From Selaginella moellendorffii (Eukaryota; Plantae; Lycopodiophyta), in contig NW_003314345.1 in NCBI RefSeq assembly GCF_000143415.4, forward strand, positions 204,574 through 268,573: a stretch of DNA of 64,000 bases. Reading direction: 5' to 3'. The number at the start of each line of letters is the position of its first letter. The first letter of the stretch is position 1. A model generated the notes under the pieces. That model ran no database searches. It saw only the letters and a program-made list of their open reading frames with translations, and was not told the DNA's origin. Of the stretch, positions 46,892-60,195 are shown piece by piece. The translations under genes were made by a program, and so were the position numbers.

Positions 46892-48416
46892 TGTAAGGAA
46901 CCAACTCGCCAAGGTGTCGTAGGCTAAAGGAACCCCAAAAGCATGACCAAAATGACAAAGAGTTCATCGGATGGGACCAAGTCGAAGATTGAGTCCAAGA
47001 CCGACTCGGAGACCGAGTTCAAGATAGAGTCTGGAATCGAGTTCGAGGCCGACTCGGGACCGAGTTCGAGACCGAGTTCGTGTAAGCCACAAATTTTTCC
47101 TTTCCAATTTGCCAGCTTACCTCGTCTATCCGTCCAACACTGCCTTGGCTTTTGCTAAGTCCCCTCGCCAAGGTTCTCGCCTATGGTACCAGCTCCTACT
47201 TGGTTTCAGCTACTCACTGCACGAGCAACGGGGCGTTAGCCATCCTTCCACGGATTCCCAAATCACTCCCAATCCCCCTCCCCGGGTTAGACTGGACTTA
47301 AGGTTCGGCTACACTCCCCGCAAGCACAAGCAGCCAAGCACACCAAGCTTCCAGGTTCCTAACATCCCTTGGTACCACAAGACTTGATCATGGGACCCTC
47401 TAAATCCCAAGTCTTGAGTGCAACACTTGCTTCGGGATGCCGGGGCGAAACACCGTGGCCTAACGGCCCGGTATGGGTACCTCTCGCCCCCCACTTCCAT
47501 CCCGAAGGANNNNNNNNNNNNNNNNNNNNNNNNNNNNNNNNNNNNNNNNNNNNNNNNNNNNNNNNNNNNNNNNNNNNNNNNNNNNNNNNNNNNNNNNNNN
47601 NNNNNNNNNAGACTAAGTCCAAATGCTTATGGGGGTCAAGGGGTGAAAGCCCAAAGTGTGTGTCTCCCAGGGGGGGGGGGGCTGCAGGGGGTTCCAAAAG
47701 TATAGTAGGGATAGTGAGGTCTAGGAACCAATTTTGAAGGGACTCTTCAGTGGGGCTTCCAAACTGACTTGAGGTTGAGACTGGGACCGAGGGGCCTTGG
47801 GTGGGAGTGAGCATGGACTTGGTTGGTGCCGAAGGGGCCATCCAAGGAAGTGCTCAAGAGCAGCTCCCACTCCCGAAAGGGAAACCAATTGCGGTGCTCC
47901 CGGCTCATGTGGAGTGGTGCCCCACTTGAGTACCATGCGGCTCATTGGTCCTCGCCCTTCCTAGGAGCTTGGACCTTCCCTTCGGGATGGAAGTGGGGGG
48001 GTAGAGGTACCCATACCGGGCCGTTAGGCCACGGTATTTCGCCCCGACGTCCCGAAGCAAGTGTTGCACTCAAGGCTTGGGATTTAGAGGGTCCCATGAT
48101 CAAGTCTTGTTGTACCAAGGGGTGTTAAGAACCTGGAGGCTTGGTGTGCTTGGCTGCTTGTGCCTGCGGGGAGTGTAGCCGAACCTTAAGTCCAGTCTAA
48201 CCCGAGGAGGGGGATTGGGAGAGATTTGGGAATCTGTAGATGGGTGGCTAACACTTCGTTGCTCGTGCAGTGAGTAGCTGAAACCAAGTAAGACCAAGTA
48301 GGAGCTAGTACAATAGGCGAGAACCTTGGCAAGGGAACTTAGCACAAGCCAAGGCAGTGTTGGTCGGATAGACGAGGTAAGCTGGCAAATTGGAAAGGAA
48401 AAATTTGTGGCTTACA
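46892..48416 (+). mobile_element. Solo LTR-B with TSD AAATG, containing an inverted LTR-B copy from 47081 into the gap
   Basis: TGTAAG...CTTACA termini; AAATG at 46887-46891 and 48417-48421. 47081-47509 is the reverse complement of ~47980-48416. Confidence 0.88.
47510..47609. other. Assembly gap (100 N)
   Basis: Run of n. Confidence 1.
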
Positions 48417-50099
48417 AAATGCACCTTAATAGTTGCATCCAATGCTTTTTTGTAGTTGGTCAGGTTCCAATGCATCACCTCGCCTAAAGTCCAAATCTGT
48501 AAACCTGATATAAAGGCATGGAATGCATCTATATTGCCCATGTCTATGACAAGGATCCTTTTTGCTATAAACTCATTCACATACTCTTGAATGGTTCCTG
48601 CTTGCTTTAGCCTGCTTAGCTCATCCCTTAGGTGTAAAGTAGCATTCGACAAAATATAGGTTATACGGATCCTCACCTTCATCATTTCCCAAGTGGCCAC
48701 TGGTCTTTCACTAGCCTTTGTTGGTCTTCACCAAGACTTAATATTATCTGCCAAGTATGGTTTCGCATATGGGACATTCTTTGAGCTTAGTAACTACAGC
48801 GCTCGAAAGTAATCCTCCATATGGTAAAACTAATCCTCCACTACTTTATAGTCATTCCCTGGGGGTGATTCCACTTTAGTTTGTTCAACTTTGTTTAGTT
48901 CTGCCTCAATCCCCACTAAAGGGTCCACGCCTTCTGTGCTACCAACATCTGTAGTCTTTTGCTTTTTCTTTTACTTCTTATCATGCTTTAACTTGCATAC
49001 AAGAGTCTCTAGTAGGGCATTGGTCTGTGCCAATTGTCTTTTTAGAATGTCCAATCGAGCCTTGTTTATGGACCCTTTCCCTCTATATTTGAACCCCTAT
49101 GGATCGTTTCTCGAGTCATTCCCTTTGGTTGCTTTTGCAATTGGTATGTGTTAGTTGTCCTTCTAGAATATCCAATTGAGCCTTGGAGAACCGAACCTCA
49201 CCACCGAACTCTTGTTTAGAAGTTTTCGCACTAGAGTTCTCCTCATACAAGGATACCTCATCTATAGGTTCTTGTTCGACCAGAAGCTCCAGCTTTGAAA
49301 GAGGTTTTATCTCCCTTTTGGTTCTTTTATGCCTTACCTTTGCCATCTCCTAGCAATCCACCTTTATCCTTCCCTAGAATTGAGGAAAACGCTTCGATAC
49401 TAAATTGTAAGCTATAAGTTTTTCCTTTTCAATTTGCTAACTTACCTCGTCTATCCAACTAACATTGCCTTGGCCTTAGTTCAGTTTCCTTGCCAAGGTT
49501 CCCGCCTATTGTACTAACTCCTACTTGGTCCTATTTGGTTTCAACTACTCACTGCATGAGCAATAGAGCATTAGCCATCCATCCACGGATTCCCCAAATT
49601 TCTCCTAATCCCCCTCCCAGGGTTAGAGTGGACTTAAGGTTCGGCTACACTCCCCGTAGGCACAAGTAGCTAAGCACACCAAGCCTCCAGGTTCCTAATG
49701 TCCCTTGGTACAATAAGATTTGATCATGGGACCCTCTAAATTGCAAACCTTGGGTGCAATATTTGTTTTGAAACACTAGGGGGAAACACTATGGCCTAAC
49801 AGCCCAATATAAGTACCTTTACTCCCCCAATTCCATCCCGAAGGGAAGGCCCAAGCCCCTAAGAAGGGCAAGGAATAATGAACCGCAAGGTACTCAAGTG
49901 GTGCACCACTCGATATGAGTCGAAAGCACTACAGTTAGTTTCCCTTTCGAGAGTTGGAGCTACTCTTGAGCACTTCCTTGGGTGGCCCCTTTGGCACTAC
50001 TCAAGTCCATACTCACTCCCACCCAAAGCCCTAAGTGGCCCTAGTACTCCAGCCACTAAAACAGCAACTTCCTTTTTAAATTTACATCACGACTAGAAC

Positions 50100-51710
50100 A
50101 AAGGCTTTTGGAGTATGTGTTTGCCAACATTCAGAACCTGGCAAGCCACCACATACAACATACTTGCCTCACATTCATTCAAGGAGACTAAGAAGAAGTA
50201 TGTTGATGCAAAAAAAGAAGTAGTGGCTGTTGTTTACACCTTGGAGCGATTTTGTCACTTTCTTGCTGGAGCCCATATCCATTTCCACATCTGTTTTAAT
50301 GTGTTGACCTTTCTTTTATAGTGATTGGTTCACAATCCTCATACTTTATCTAGGATTGTGACCATCCAAGAGTTCCAGCCAACTTTTCATATGCAGCGGA
50401 AGCGTGTGATGGATCTGAGCAAGTTCCTGGTTGCTAAGGCTACCTCCTTTGTGGCCCCAGCAGCATTACAAGACATTGCCATGTACCTAGATTCAAGCAA
50501 GTTCCCAAAAGATTCCTCACCAGCACAACAAAAGGTGTTGGAAATCCGAGCATGGTGGTTTTGCCTTCTCGATGGACATGTTTATAGGAGGACTTCTCAG
50601 GATGTTTTGTTGTAGTGTGTGGGTGAACATGAAGTCCCTGAGTTCCTTCATGCTTTCCACTCTTGTGTGGGGCATTTCTCGCACAACTTGGACAGCACAA
50701 CTCCTCTTGTGCCATAGCTACTTTTGGCCTCGAATTCACCAGGACAGCTTGGACTATGCAAAGGCATGTGAGCAATGCCAATGGTTCAACCCCTGGAGCC
50801 ATGTTCCATGTCTTCCTTTTTAGCTCGTCACTTCTTTGGGTCCCTTTTTCCAATGGGGACTTGACTTCGTTGGCCTGATCAACCCACCGAGCTCAAAAGG
50901 ACAGCGATACATCATTGTGGCAATGGACTACTTCACGAAATGGGTTGAGGTCATCCTTCTACAACAAGTAGATAAATAGTCTATAGTGAAGTTTGTCTAC
51001 AAGTACATCATTTGCTGATTTGGAGTTCTTGCAATTCTGATTTCTAATTATGGTGGCAGCTTCCTTAGACAAGTGATGCAGCATCTTTTCTAGCAGTTGT
51101 AGGTCAAGCACATGAAGAGCAATAGCTACTATCCTGAGTGCAGTGGCCAATCAAAGTTTAGTAACAAGACATTGAAGACCATCATCTTAAAGTTTGTAGA
51201 GGATCACTCGAAGTGTTGGTACAAGCACTTGGTTACGGCATTGTGGGCCTTTTGGATGTCCTTCAAGATATCCATCTCAGTGACTTCATTCTCCCTCATC
51301 TATGGGATGGAAGCCATGCTTCCAGTGGAGATCCAAGTGCTATCACTCTCACTTTTGCTTTGATATGCAGTGGAGATGTAGCTTAGTGATGAGGACACAC
51401 TTTATGTGCATGACTTGGAGGTTCTTGCCTTGGAAGAACAACGATGAGCCACAACTGATCATCTCCTTTGAGGCAAGGAGAAGATCAAGTTTGTCATTGA
51501 TCACCAATAGTCCACTGAACCATTCAAGGATAGCAATCTTGTTCTACTCAAGGAGTTCATGCCACCTTCAAAGTTCTCTCCTCGTTGGATAGGCTTCTAC
51601 TTTGTCCAGTGACACATTGGAGGTGGAATATATGTGGTAGTAGATGCTGATGGATGTGAGCTCCCACATGCTCTCAACCACTCTCATCTCAAACGCTTCA
51701 TCTGGTGAGG
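50100..51710 (+). mobile_element. Decayed non-chromovirus (Athila/Tat-like) RNase H remnant and integrase
   Basis: HSYFWP.IHQD...YAKACEQCQ; PFFQWGLDFVGLINPPSSKGQRYIIVAMDYFTKWVE; YYPECSGQ...NKTLKTII; ALWAF; FSLIYGMEAMLPVE. Confidence 0.85.
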
Positions 51711-52504
51711 CATTCCTCTTTTATTCTTTTTCTTTTGCTTCCTTTCTTTCACTTTACTTTCACAACTTCTTTTCTTATTTTCAGAGGGTGTTTTTTCACT
51801 GGACCATGGCTCTTGCCTTGGATTTCATGCTCAAGCTGCATTGTTATTTATATGGAGGTTCCTCACTTAGCTCAAGCTATGTTCCAGGTTCTTTGGCCCT
51901 CTTACCATTACTCTACCCCACACATTCCCCACACATGTTTCATATCATCTACATTCACAGATTTATCACCAATCGCTTCTAGTAACATTGCTTGCACTTA
52001 CTTCTATTGGGGGAAGGAGGGGTGCCTCCTCTAACGCTTACTCAAACATAAGAAGTGCAATAATGCTTTTCACAAATGCTTCTCTTTGCCCTTATGAGGC
52101 AAGGGTTTTATACAAGGAAGATGGGGAATATTCTAGGAATCAGAATATTTCCTCTCTCACACTCTCTAAGTGGCCACACCCTAATGTGACCACGATGGGT
52201 TGCGCTGACTCTAGATGCACGAGAACTCTCTAAAGAGTGTAGAGTGTACCTCTATTGCTGATGCCAAGTGTTGGTAACTTCATGAACTAATAGAAACTCT
52301 AGAAAACAAAGTGGGAAAATAAAGAAATGGGGTAGGTGTAACGTTTGAAAATAAGGAGGAAAACCCAATGGGAAACCTTGTAATCAAACTAGACCCTAGG
52401 AGCTGGTTGAAGGGAGTATCGGATAGATAATAGCTAGTTTAGAAACTATAAAAGCAAAGAGTGTTCTTGGCCCCATTTGACTCAAAGTTTTTGTGTCAAC
52501 CTTG

Positions 52505-52698
52505 TGTAAACAACCAAAGGGAACAACTCAAGAGACAATCCATGAGGTTCAAATATAGAGGGAAAGGGCTCATGAATAAGAGTGCACCCTTTTTTCCAAT
52601 TAGTTAAGGGTCTGGGGATAGTTGGGGTTGAGTGTCTTTAGGTTTGAATAGTACTAAATTGGGTGACCTCCCAGAAAGTCTAGATTCAAGAGCTTACA
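52505..52698 (+). mobile_element. Single Cassandra-type LTR (194 bp)
   Basis: TGTAA...TTACA, colinear with 14670-14863. 5S-like segment at ~52626-52680. No matching TSD. Confidence 0.85.
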
Positions 52699-53542
52699 CC
52701 CCAGTTGAAATTTGGAAAGATATTGAAGTGTTAGGCCAATATATCAAAATCCAAATGAAGAACTCGGAACCTAGATACGACTTTTGTCAATGCACTAGAC
52801 ACCACAAGGAGGCCTACTCAATCAAGAAAAATAGGCTAGCCTCTCAAAAGCCTTTTAAGCTACTGGAAGAGTAAGAGAAGATCTTGAAGGCATGCCCTTT
52901 AAACCAAGCTCCCCACATTCGCTTCCTAGTTGCCCCACCACTCGTAGGCTCTTCAACTATTTAAGGAGCCTATCACTAATGTCAAAGGGGATGGCTTCCA
53001 GCCGGTCCTCCCTTGGATAGTAGGAATGACAGTCAAGTGGATTCTGCTTAAGCGGGAATTAAGTCAGGAGATGGGAGATTGGCTGATGCTGGCTGATATG
53101 CCGCAGGAGCACAACCTTCCCAAAGGTCATTAACATTGGCGACTACCAAACACACATGGAGAGTGTTATCACTAAGTGGATAGGCTTTGTAAAATACACT
53201 ATCTGAGGCTTCTTATAGATAAAGTACAAGGGGAAGATGACTACGGTGTGGACCATCTCCATAGAATGGAGGACGAGACCCTGCAACACCTCATTTTCTT
53301 GGAAGTATATGGCTCCATGATAACACTCATGATCATCATTTGGAAATGTCGGGGACTTAGTTGGGGAGTCGACTCAAATAAAGGGTGCAGCTCAAGTCCC
53401 ACATCCGCGAGATCAGCTTAGAAGGAGGCATCAACATCTTATGTTTACAGGAGCACAAAATGACCGAGGTGTAAGGAACCAACTCCTTGAGGTGTTGTAG
53501 GCTAAAGGATCCTCGAAGGCACGACTGAAATGATAAAGATTT

Positions 53543-53935
53543 CATTGGATGGGACTGAGTCTAAAATCGAGTCCAAGACCAACTTTGAGATCGAGTCCGA
53601 GATAGAGTCTGGGATCGAGTCTAAGGCTGACTCTAAGACCGAGTTTGAGATTCGAGATCAGGTCTGAGATTGAGTCCAAGGTAGGGTCCGAAATAGAGTT
53701 CGAGATCGGGTCTGAAATCAAGTTTAAGACCAAGTCCAAGGTCGGGTCCGAGATGAAGTCCAAGATCAAGTCTGAGACCGAGTCCGAATACTAATACATG
53801 TCGTGGGGTGAAAGCCTAGTGTCTCCCAAGAGGGGGGGGTGGTTGCAAAGGGTTCCAAAAGTATAGTAGGGATAGTGAGGTCTAGGAACTAGTCTTGAAG
53901 GAGCTCTCTAGTGGTTCTTCCAAATTGACTGGGCT
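53543..53935 (+). mobile_element. LTR-B internal fragment (6/12-mer array plus shared cassette)
   Basis: Reverse complement of 63300-63700. Confidence 0.75.
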
Positions 53936-53939
53936 CAAA

Positions 53940-54940
53940 GCGTCTCCAATCAAGTTGTGAAAGGCATGGGTCATAAAGTGCTGAAAAGTAGCTCCAGCAT
54001 TACACAAGCCAAACAATAGGACGTAGAAACAAAGACGTGCCAAGGTGTTCTAAAGGCCATAAAATCTCAATGATTGGGATGAATGAAGATCTGGTTATAC
54101 CCTAAAAAACCATCCATAAAAGAGTAGTAACGATGTCCAGCCATCTCATCCACAATCGCATCAATAAATGGAGTCGGAAAGTGATCTTTTGCAGTTACCT
54201 TGTTCAAGTCTCAAAAGTCAACATAGAGGTGGAGCTTTTCATTTGCCAGGACAAGGTTGGCCACCCACTCTGAGTTCTCCAAAGGGTAAATAAAGCTGGA
54301 TGCCAGAAGTCGCTCGATCTCCAACTTCATCTCCAAGTGAGCTGCTGGGCTTAAATGCCAGATATTTTGACGGGCTGACTCTAAAAGCATAATACTATGC
54401 ATGATTGTGTCCATGGCTGTAGTCCTAAGCAAACATGTCCTTGAAATAGTGAAGGATATCCAAGAGCTTTGCCACATCTACTTAAGTGATGTGGTAATAA
54501 AGACCAGGTCCTTGTCATCATTGAGGAAAATGAATAAAGAGAGTGAGGTTGAGAGATGTCCACCACTGTCTAACTCACCTCCAACAATATTAATCACATT
54601 GCATGAGAAAGCATCCTTCACATAAATGGTTGACTCCATTGCCAACTCAAGGAAAATCTCTATGAGCTCAGGAGGAAAGTGTGGTGTGGAGATTGTTTTA
54701 GCCTGAGCCTTCTAGGCGTGCTAAGAAAGAGCTTTGCCATGGTTGTTGAGAAAGGTGGTGCTATGGATTCCATCATTAATTTCCATCTTACCTTCTGTGT
54801 TGTTGATGGTGCAATGGGCTACAACTTGCCACAAGAGGCCAAAGATGATAGATTCCTTCAAAGAGGATGTTCCAAGACACTGGTAGTCAACCACAAGGAA
54901 ATTTACCTCGGAAATAACACCTTGCACTGAGACCTTGACA
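53940..54940 (-). mobile_element. Decayed Athila/Tat-like reverse transcriptase, N-terminal half
   Basis: EIERLLASSFIYPLENSEWVANLV...VDF*DLNKVTAKDHFPTPFIDAIVDEMAGHRYYSFMDGF.GYNQI...MPFT. Confidence 0.82.
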
Positions 54941-54941
54941 C

Positions 54942-56810
54942 TATGAGACACAAATCCCTAAGCCCTAAAGTAGAGTTGAAAGGGTGCCACATGGTAGTGG
55001 TTGAAGTGAAAGTCTAATAAGCATAACGTGTTTGGACTAAAGGCTTCGACATGGAAAGTCGAGAGTGGGAGTGAACTCCGAACAAAGTGTNNNNNNNNNN
55101 NNNNNNNNNNNNNNNNNNNNNNNNNNNNNNNNNNNNNNNNNNNNNNNNNNNNNNNNNNNNNNNNNNNNNNNNNNNNNNNNNNNNNNNNNNNNNNNNNNNN
55201 NNNNNNNNNNNNNNNNNNNNNNNNNNNNNNNNNNNNNNNNNNNNNNNNNNNNNNNNNNNNNNNNNNNNNNNNNNNNNNNNNNNNNNNNNNNNNNNNNNNN
55301 NNNNNNNNNNNNNNNNNNNNNNNNNNNNNNNNNNNNNNNNNNNNNNNNNNNNNNNNNNNNNNNNNNNNNNNNNNNNNNNNNNNNNNNNNNNNNNNNNNNN
55401 NNNNNNNNNNNNNNNNNNNNNNNNNNNNNNNNNNNNNNNNNNNNNNNNNNNNNNNNNNNNNNNNNNNNNNNNNNNNNNNNNNNNNNNNNNNNNNNNNNNN
55501 NNNNNNNNNNNNNNNNNNNNNNNNNNNNNNNNNNNNNNNNNNNNNNNNNNNNNNNNNNNNNNNNNNNNNNNNNNNNNNNNNNNNNNNNNNNNNNNNNNNN
55601 NNNNNNNNNNNNNNNNNNNNNNNNNNNNNNNNNNNNNNNNNNNNNNNNNNNNNNNNNNNNNNNNNNNNNNNNNNNNNNNNNNNNNNNNNNCGTCGGCGTC
55701 AGCTTGACACATGGCAAGTGTTCAGAACAAAGTCTAAGAAGGAGTCCGAGATAGAGTTCAAGAAGGAGTCCAAAATGGAGTCCAAGATGGAGTTTGAGGA
55801 GTTTGAGAAGCAGTTTGAGAAGGAGTTTGAGATAAAGTCCGAGATGGAGTTTGAGATGGACCCAAGATGGAGTTCAAGATGGAGTTTGAGATGGACCCAA
55901 GATGGAGTTCAAGATGGACTTAAGATGGAGTTTGAGATAGACTTGAGATGGAGTCTAAGGTCGAGTTTAAGATGGATCTAAGATGGAGTCCGAAGTCAAG
56001 ACTGAAATCGAGAGTGAGGTTGAGACCGAGACCGAGACTGAATACGAGTATGAGTCTATGTCCAAGTCTAAATCCAAGGGTGAAAGCCCAAAGCATTCAT
56101 CTCCCAAACCCAAGGGGGTTTGGTGAGCTGTTCAAGAGTCAGCTGTAGCTCCCTCGGGAGATCGAATGATCAATACTTCCAATCCAAGTGTGGGTGGCAT
56201 TACTTACCTGGATACCTAGCATGGCTCATCGGAACCTCACTTTAGCCACATAGCTAGGGCACCTAAAGGTGGAAGGTGGAAAGAGTACCCACGAGGCTCA
56301 CGTAGAGCTATGGTGTTTCAAAATGTCGTCCCAAAGTCCCAAACTATGGAAAGGAAGAAGAGCAGTCCTTTAGTGTAGTGATGAAAGATACAGTCACATA
56401 GTAAGGAAGTCCCAAAGGATAGTAGGACTTAATGGTCAGGCCCTTGGGCCTGAACCCAATGGCAGTGTTGGTGAGTCCGGTCATTGATGAAAAGGGACTT
56501 GGTGGGGATAAAAAAAGGGACATTATGGAATGGTGTTCCCTATGTCTCTGGGCATCTTAAGGGTGCTAAGGTGTAGTCAAGCGATGACCACTCATGGATG
56601 GATGGCCCAGTTTTTGAGAGACAAAACTATGATATAGGTGGTCTTGGACTACCGATGTGATAAGGGTGTGAGCATGGCTTTAGCATAATAGGCTGATTTG
56701 TCAGTGGTACCTTTGGGTGTCGGTCATATGATTGGACACGTGGAACACTTGGACCAAGTGCAAAGGCTAAGTGGTATAGATGCCATTCACGAGGCTAGCA
56801 TGTCCCCAAG
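54942..56810 (+). mobile_element. LTR-C family LTR spanning the gap, 3'-truncated
   Basis: Colinear with 42647-45320 once the nested LTR-A is removed. Confidence 0.75.
55091..55690. other. Assembly gap (600 N)
   Basis: Run of n. Confidence 1.
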
Positions 56811-56814
56811 GAGT

Positions 56815-59356
56815 CCTTACGTCACAAAAGAAAGTGGAGTATTAAGCATGTCTCACTAGAGTATAATGGCATTAAAGATGTGTGGTTTGGAAAAGGAGTT
56901 CAACCTCTAATTGTTATGCTCTTTCCTACATCTTTGAAGCTGGCTTGGAAAAACACTTTTAAGATATTTTCTGTTTGTTCATAAGTTGGGGGACCAAGGC
57001 ATATGTGGGGTAGAAGCAATAGTATGGGATATACTTGATGAGTTTTCCAATGTTTTTCCATCTGAACTTCCATTACGAAGTATGGAGCATGGGATTACAT
57101 TAGAGCTAGAGATGTGGCCAATTTGTTGGCATCTATTTCAATTGAGTTATGTAGAGGAGCAAGAAGTTCAACGATAAATTAAAGAGTTACTTAAGTTTAG
57201 ATTTATTCAGCTAAGTAAATCTTTGTTTGGTGCTCTGGTCTTGCTTGTGAAGAAGAAGGACAACTCAATGCAGATATGTATTGACTATTGTGCCTTGAAC
57301 AAGAAGATAGTAAAGAATAAAATGCCAATGCCGCATGTGGATGATATCCTAAACAAGCTTGGTGAAGCACGAGTGTTTACCAAGATTGATTTGAGGAATG
57401 AATATCATCAAATTGCAATGGATGATGCATCTATCTCCAAGATGGCATTCAACACGAGCTTCATGAATTTTGAGTTTAGAGTTATGTTGTTTGGTTTGAC
57501 AAATGTACTAGCCACATTTACTCAGTTGATGACAGAGATATTTAGGTGTTATCTTCATAAGTTTGTGGAGATTTTCTTGGATGATATTCTTGTTTTCAGC
57601 AAGAATATAGAGGAGTATAAAGTGCATTTATGCAAGGTTCTTTTGTTACTATGTGATAGCAAACTTTATGTGAAGAAAAGCAAATATAAATTTGCAAAGT
57701 TGAAGGTGGAATATCTAGGCTATATTGTGACATCTAAGTTGTTAAAACAAATCCAAGGAAGGTGACTGTGGTGGAAAATTGGCCTACACTAACTTCAATA
57801 ACCGAGTTATGCACCTTCATTGGTATGGCTAGTTATTACCGATGTTTCCAGCACAAGTTTGCGGAGGTGGCTATTTCATTGATACGGTTATTGTGTAAAA
57901 ATGTGCTATTTAAGTGGAAGAAGACACATGAGAAGAGTTTTGTGGCATTGAAACAATTGTTGAGTGAGGCTTTAGTGCTTCACATTGTTAATCTATCAAA
58001 ACTTTACAAGGTGACATATGATGTAAGTGGTTATGCACTAAGAGGAGTCCTCATGTAAAAGGGATAATCTGTTGCATCTGGGAGTTGAATTTTGAATCCC
58101 ACGAAGCAATGTTTTTCCACATATGAGTAAGAGTTACTCTCTATTGTTCATACTTTGCAGACATAGCAGCATTATTTTTATAGTGCAATATTCATGGTGT
58201 TGATAGATCATAAACCTCTTGTGTTTCACACAAAAGGAGTTGAACATTAGGCAAGTTCTTTGGATGGTCAAACTCATGGAGTTTGGCAAACTTTCTATTG
58301 AGCATCATCCAGGAAAATTAAATGTGGTGGTAGATGTTTTATTTCGTGTTTTTTATGTGATGGCGTTATAAACATGGTTTTGTTATCATTTGAGTAAGGT
58401 GGTCAGCAAGTTTGGGCAGTGAGTGTGCTTAGGCTCAAGATGCTAAGGTGGTCTCTTTGCGAACCCATATGGAAGCACCTTTTTCATTGGTGGATGGGAT
58501 TCTTTATTATAGTAGCCGTATATATTTACTACGGGTGGATGCATTAATTCCTCAAATTTTATTCCACTATCATGATTGCCTAGAAACTAGTCATTTTGGG
58601 GGAAGACATATGAGTTGATTAAGTGCAATTTTTATTGGAGGAATATAAAGCTAATATCCCTGACTATAGTAAATCATAGGAGCTTTGTTAGTGAGTAAAG
58701 GTGCCACAGGAGAAGCCAAGGGGATTTTTGCAACTTTTACCTATTCTTTAGAGCCATTGGTATAGTATCTTTATGGACTTCATCACTTGTTTATCATGAA
58801 CACAAAGGCAAAAGGAGCAAGTATGGGTGATAGTTGATCATTTAACAAAGTATATACGGTTGTTAGCTCTTCAAAAGACTATCACTGCCTCAGACTTAGC
58901 TACAGTCTACTTGGAGAAGGTTTTTCTTGATTTTAATTTACTAAAAGACATCATTAGTGATCAAGATTCAAAGTTCACTAGTGGATTTTGGAAGAGCTTT
59001 GCAAAGGCTATGCAAGTGACTTTCAAACTCTTGAGTGGAAATCATCCTTAGACAGATAAGCAAATCGAGTGTGTGAATCAGGTGGTGGAGGATATACTAC
59101 ATTGTATCATTGGTCAAAAGTAGGGATAGTGGGATCTCTATCTTCTGTTGGTGCAATTTGTCTACAACAATAACTAACACAATGAAACCAAGTTAAATCT
59201 TTACTTTGCCATGTTTAAAAGGCATCCCCGAATAGCGGTGGAGTTGGGATGGCATTTGAGTAAGGATGTTCAAGATAAACTTGATTCTGAGGTGACTGAT
59301 CTGGCCACAGAACTTAATGAGATTCTTGTGGTATGCAAATAGAATTTGCAGGCAGC
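56815..59356 (+). mobile_element. Decayed Ty3/Gypsy pol (RT, RNase H, integrase)
   Basis: LVKKKDNSMQICIDYCALNK, FTKIDL, FLDDILVFS, YDVSGYAL.GVL, MDFIT, IVDHLTKY, IISDQDSKFTSGFW. Confidence 0.92.
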
Positions 59357-60140
59357 TGTCGCAAATATGACTTCAGGTATCAAAAGATACTTGTCGGCCA
59401 ATCCTTATAGACACTATTTCCTTACTACGATGACGGCAAGAGATCAATACTATTGGTTCCTTTCATTAGCCCCTTTTGTTTAAGTGTTGGTAAATTGGGC
59501 TTAACATCTATACTTAACCAAATAAATATAAGGTAGAAACTCCTATATGTTTCTAGTTAAGCATTCTCAGCCTAGTTTTAATTCTTTTTTGCTTTGTCTT
59601 ACATTGGCTTGCCCTTGTGTATTGAGACTAATCCCTCAATATTGCCAAATGATAACTTACCGTATTTGCCAAACACCTTCGCTATCATGCCTTTTGTGTT
59701 AGTCTCATTCCGGTCCTAAATGCTATTTATAGAAAGTGTCTAAATCAGCTCATTTGGCATATTTACGGAATGTAGAGATTGACTTAAACATAATGGTGTT
59801 GATCTTATGTCAAAATTCCATATTTTGTAAGTTTCAAGCTTGTTTCAAATGCTAACTCCTAGTACTAAGGGTGGCTAAGGGTGAAAGCCCAAAGCATGTG
59901 TTCCTCAAAGGAGGGGGAGGGAGTTCTAAATGTATAGTAGGGATAATAGTTGGTATGTAAATCTAACCACTTGAGACATTAGTTTAGCTTCTACTAGGCT
60001 ATGTCGCTCCTTGTTTTGCATCCAGCTTGGGTCTAAGCCCAAGCTTCACATTACTTTAGTAGGTGGAGTACCCTCCTCCTCATGTTAAGCTATTAGTATG
60101 CCAAAATCATGCCAGACATTGTTTGACACCATTTTGCATG
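59357..60140 (+). mobile_element. Decayed, 3'-truncated LTR-A
   Basis: Starts TGTCGCAAATATGACTTCAGGTATC; colinear with 42977-43790. Confidence 0.8.
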
Positions 60141-60195
60141 TAGGTGCTAAATATAGAGAGCTAGTGCTCATGAGATTGTATTAGACCCTCGTTTT

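Larger units (their letters stand above)
45795..50030 (-). mobile_element. LTR-B family Ty3/Gypsy element: partial 5' LTR (49406-50030), degenerate iMet PBS, gag, zinc knuckle, protease
   Basis: GCTTCGATACTA (PBS complement) abuts the LTR. LRDELSRLKQAGTIQEYVNEF...FISGL; FNCGEVGHFSRECP; ILIDMGASNNFV...DIIFGMDWF. Confidence 0.85.

Noticed and set aside
50100-54940. One Athila/Tat element containing both the integrase and RT remnants
   Set aside because: The integrase is on + and the RT on -, so they are separate insertions or a rearrangement, not one colinear pol.
55014-55981. Long ORFs of 200-317 aa
   Set aside because: Artefacts of the 600-N gap.
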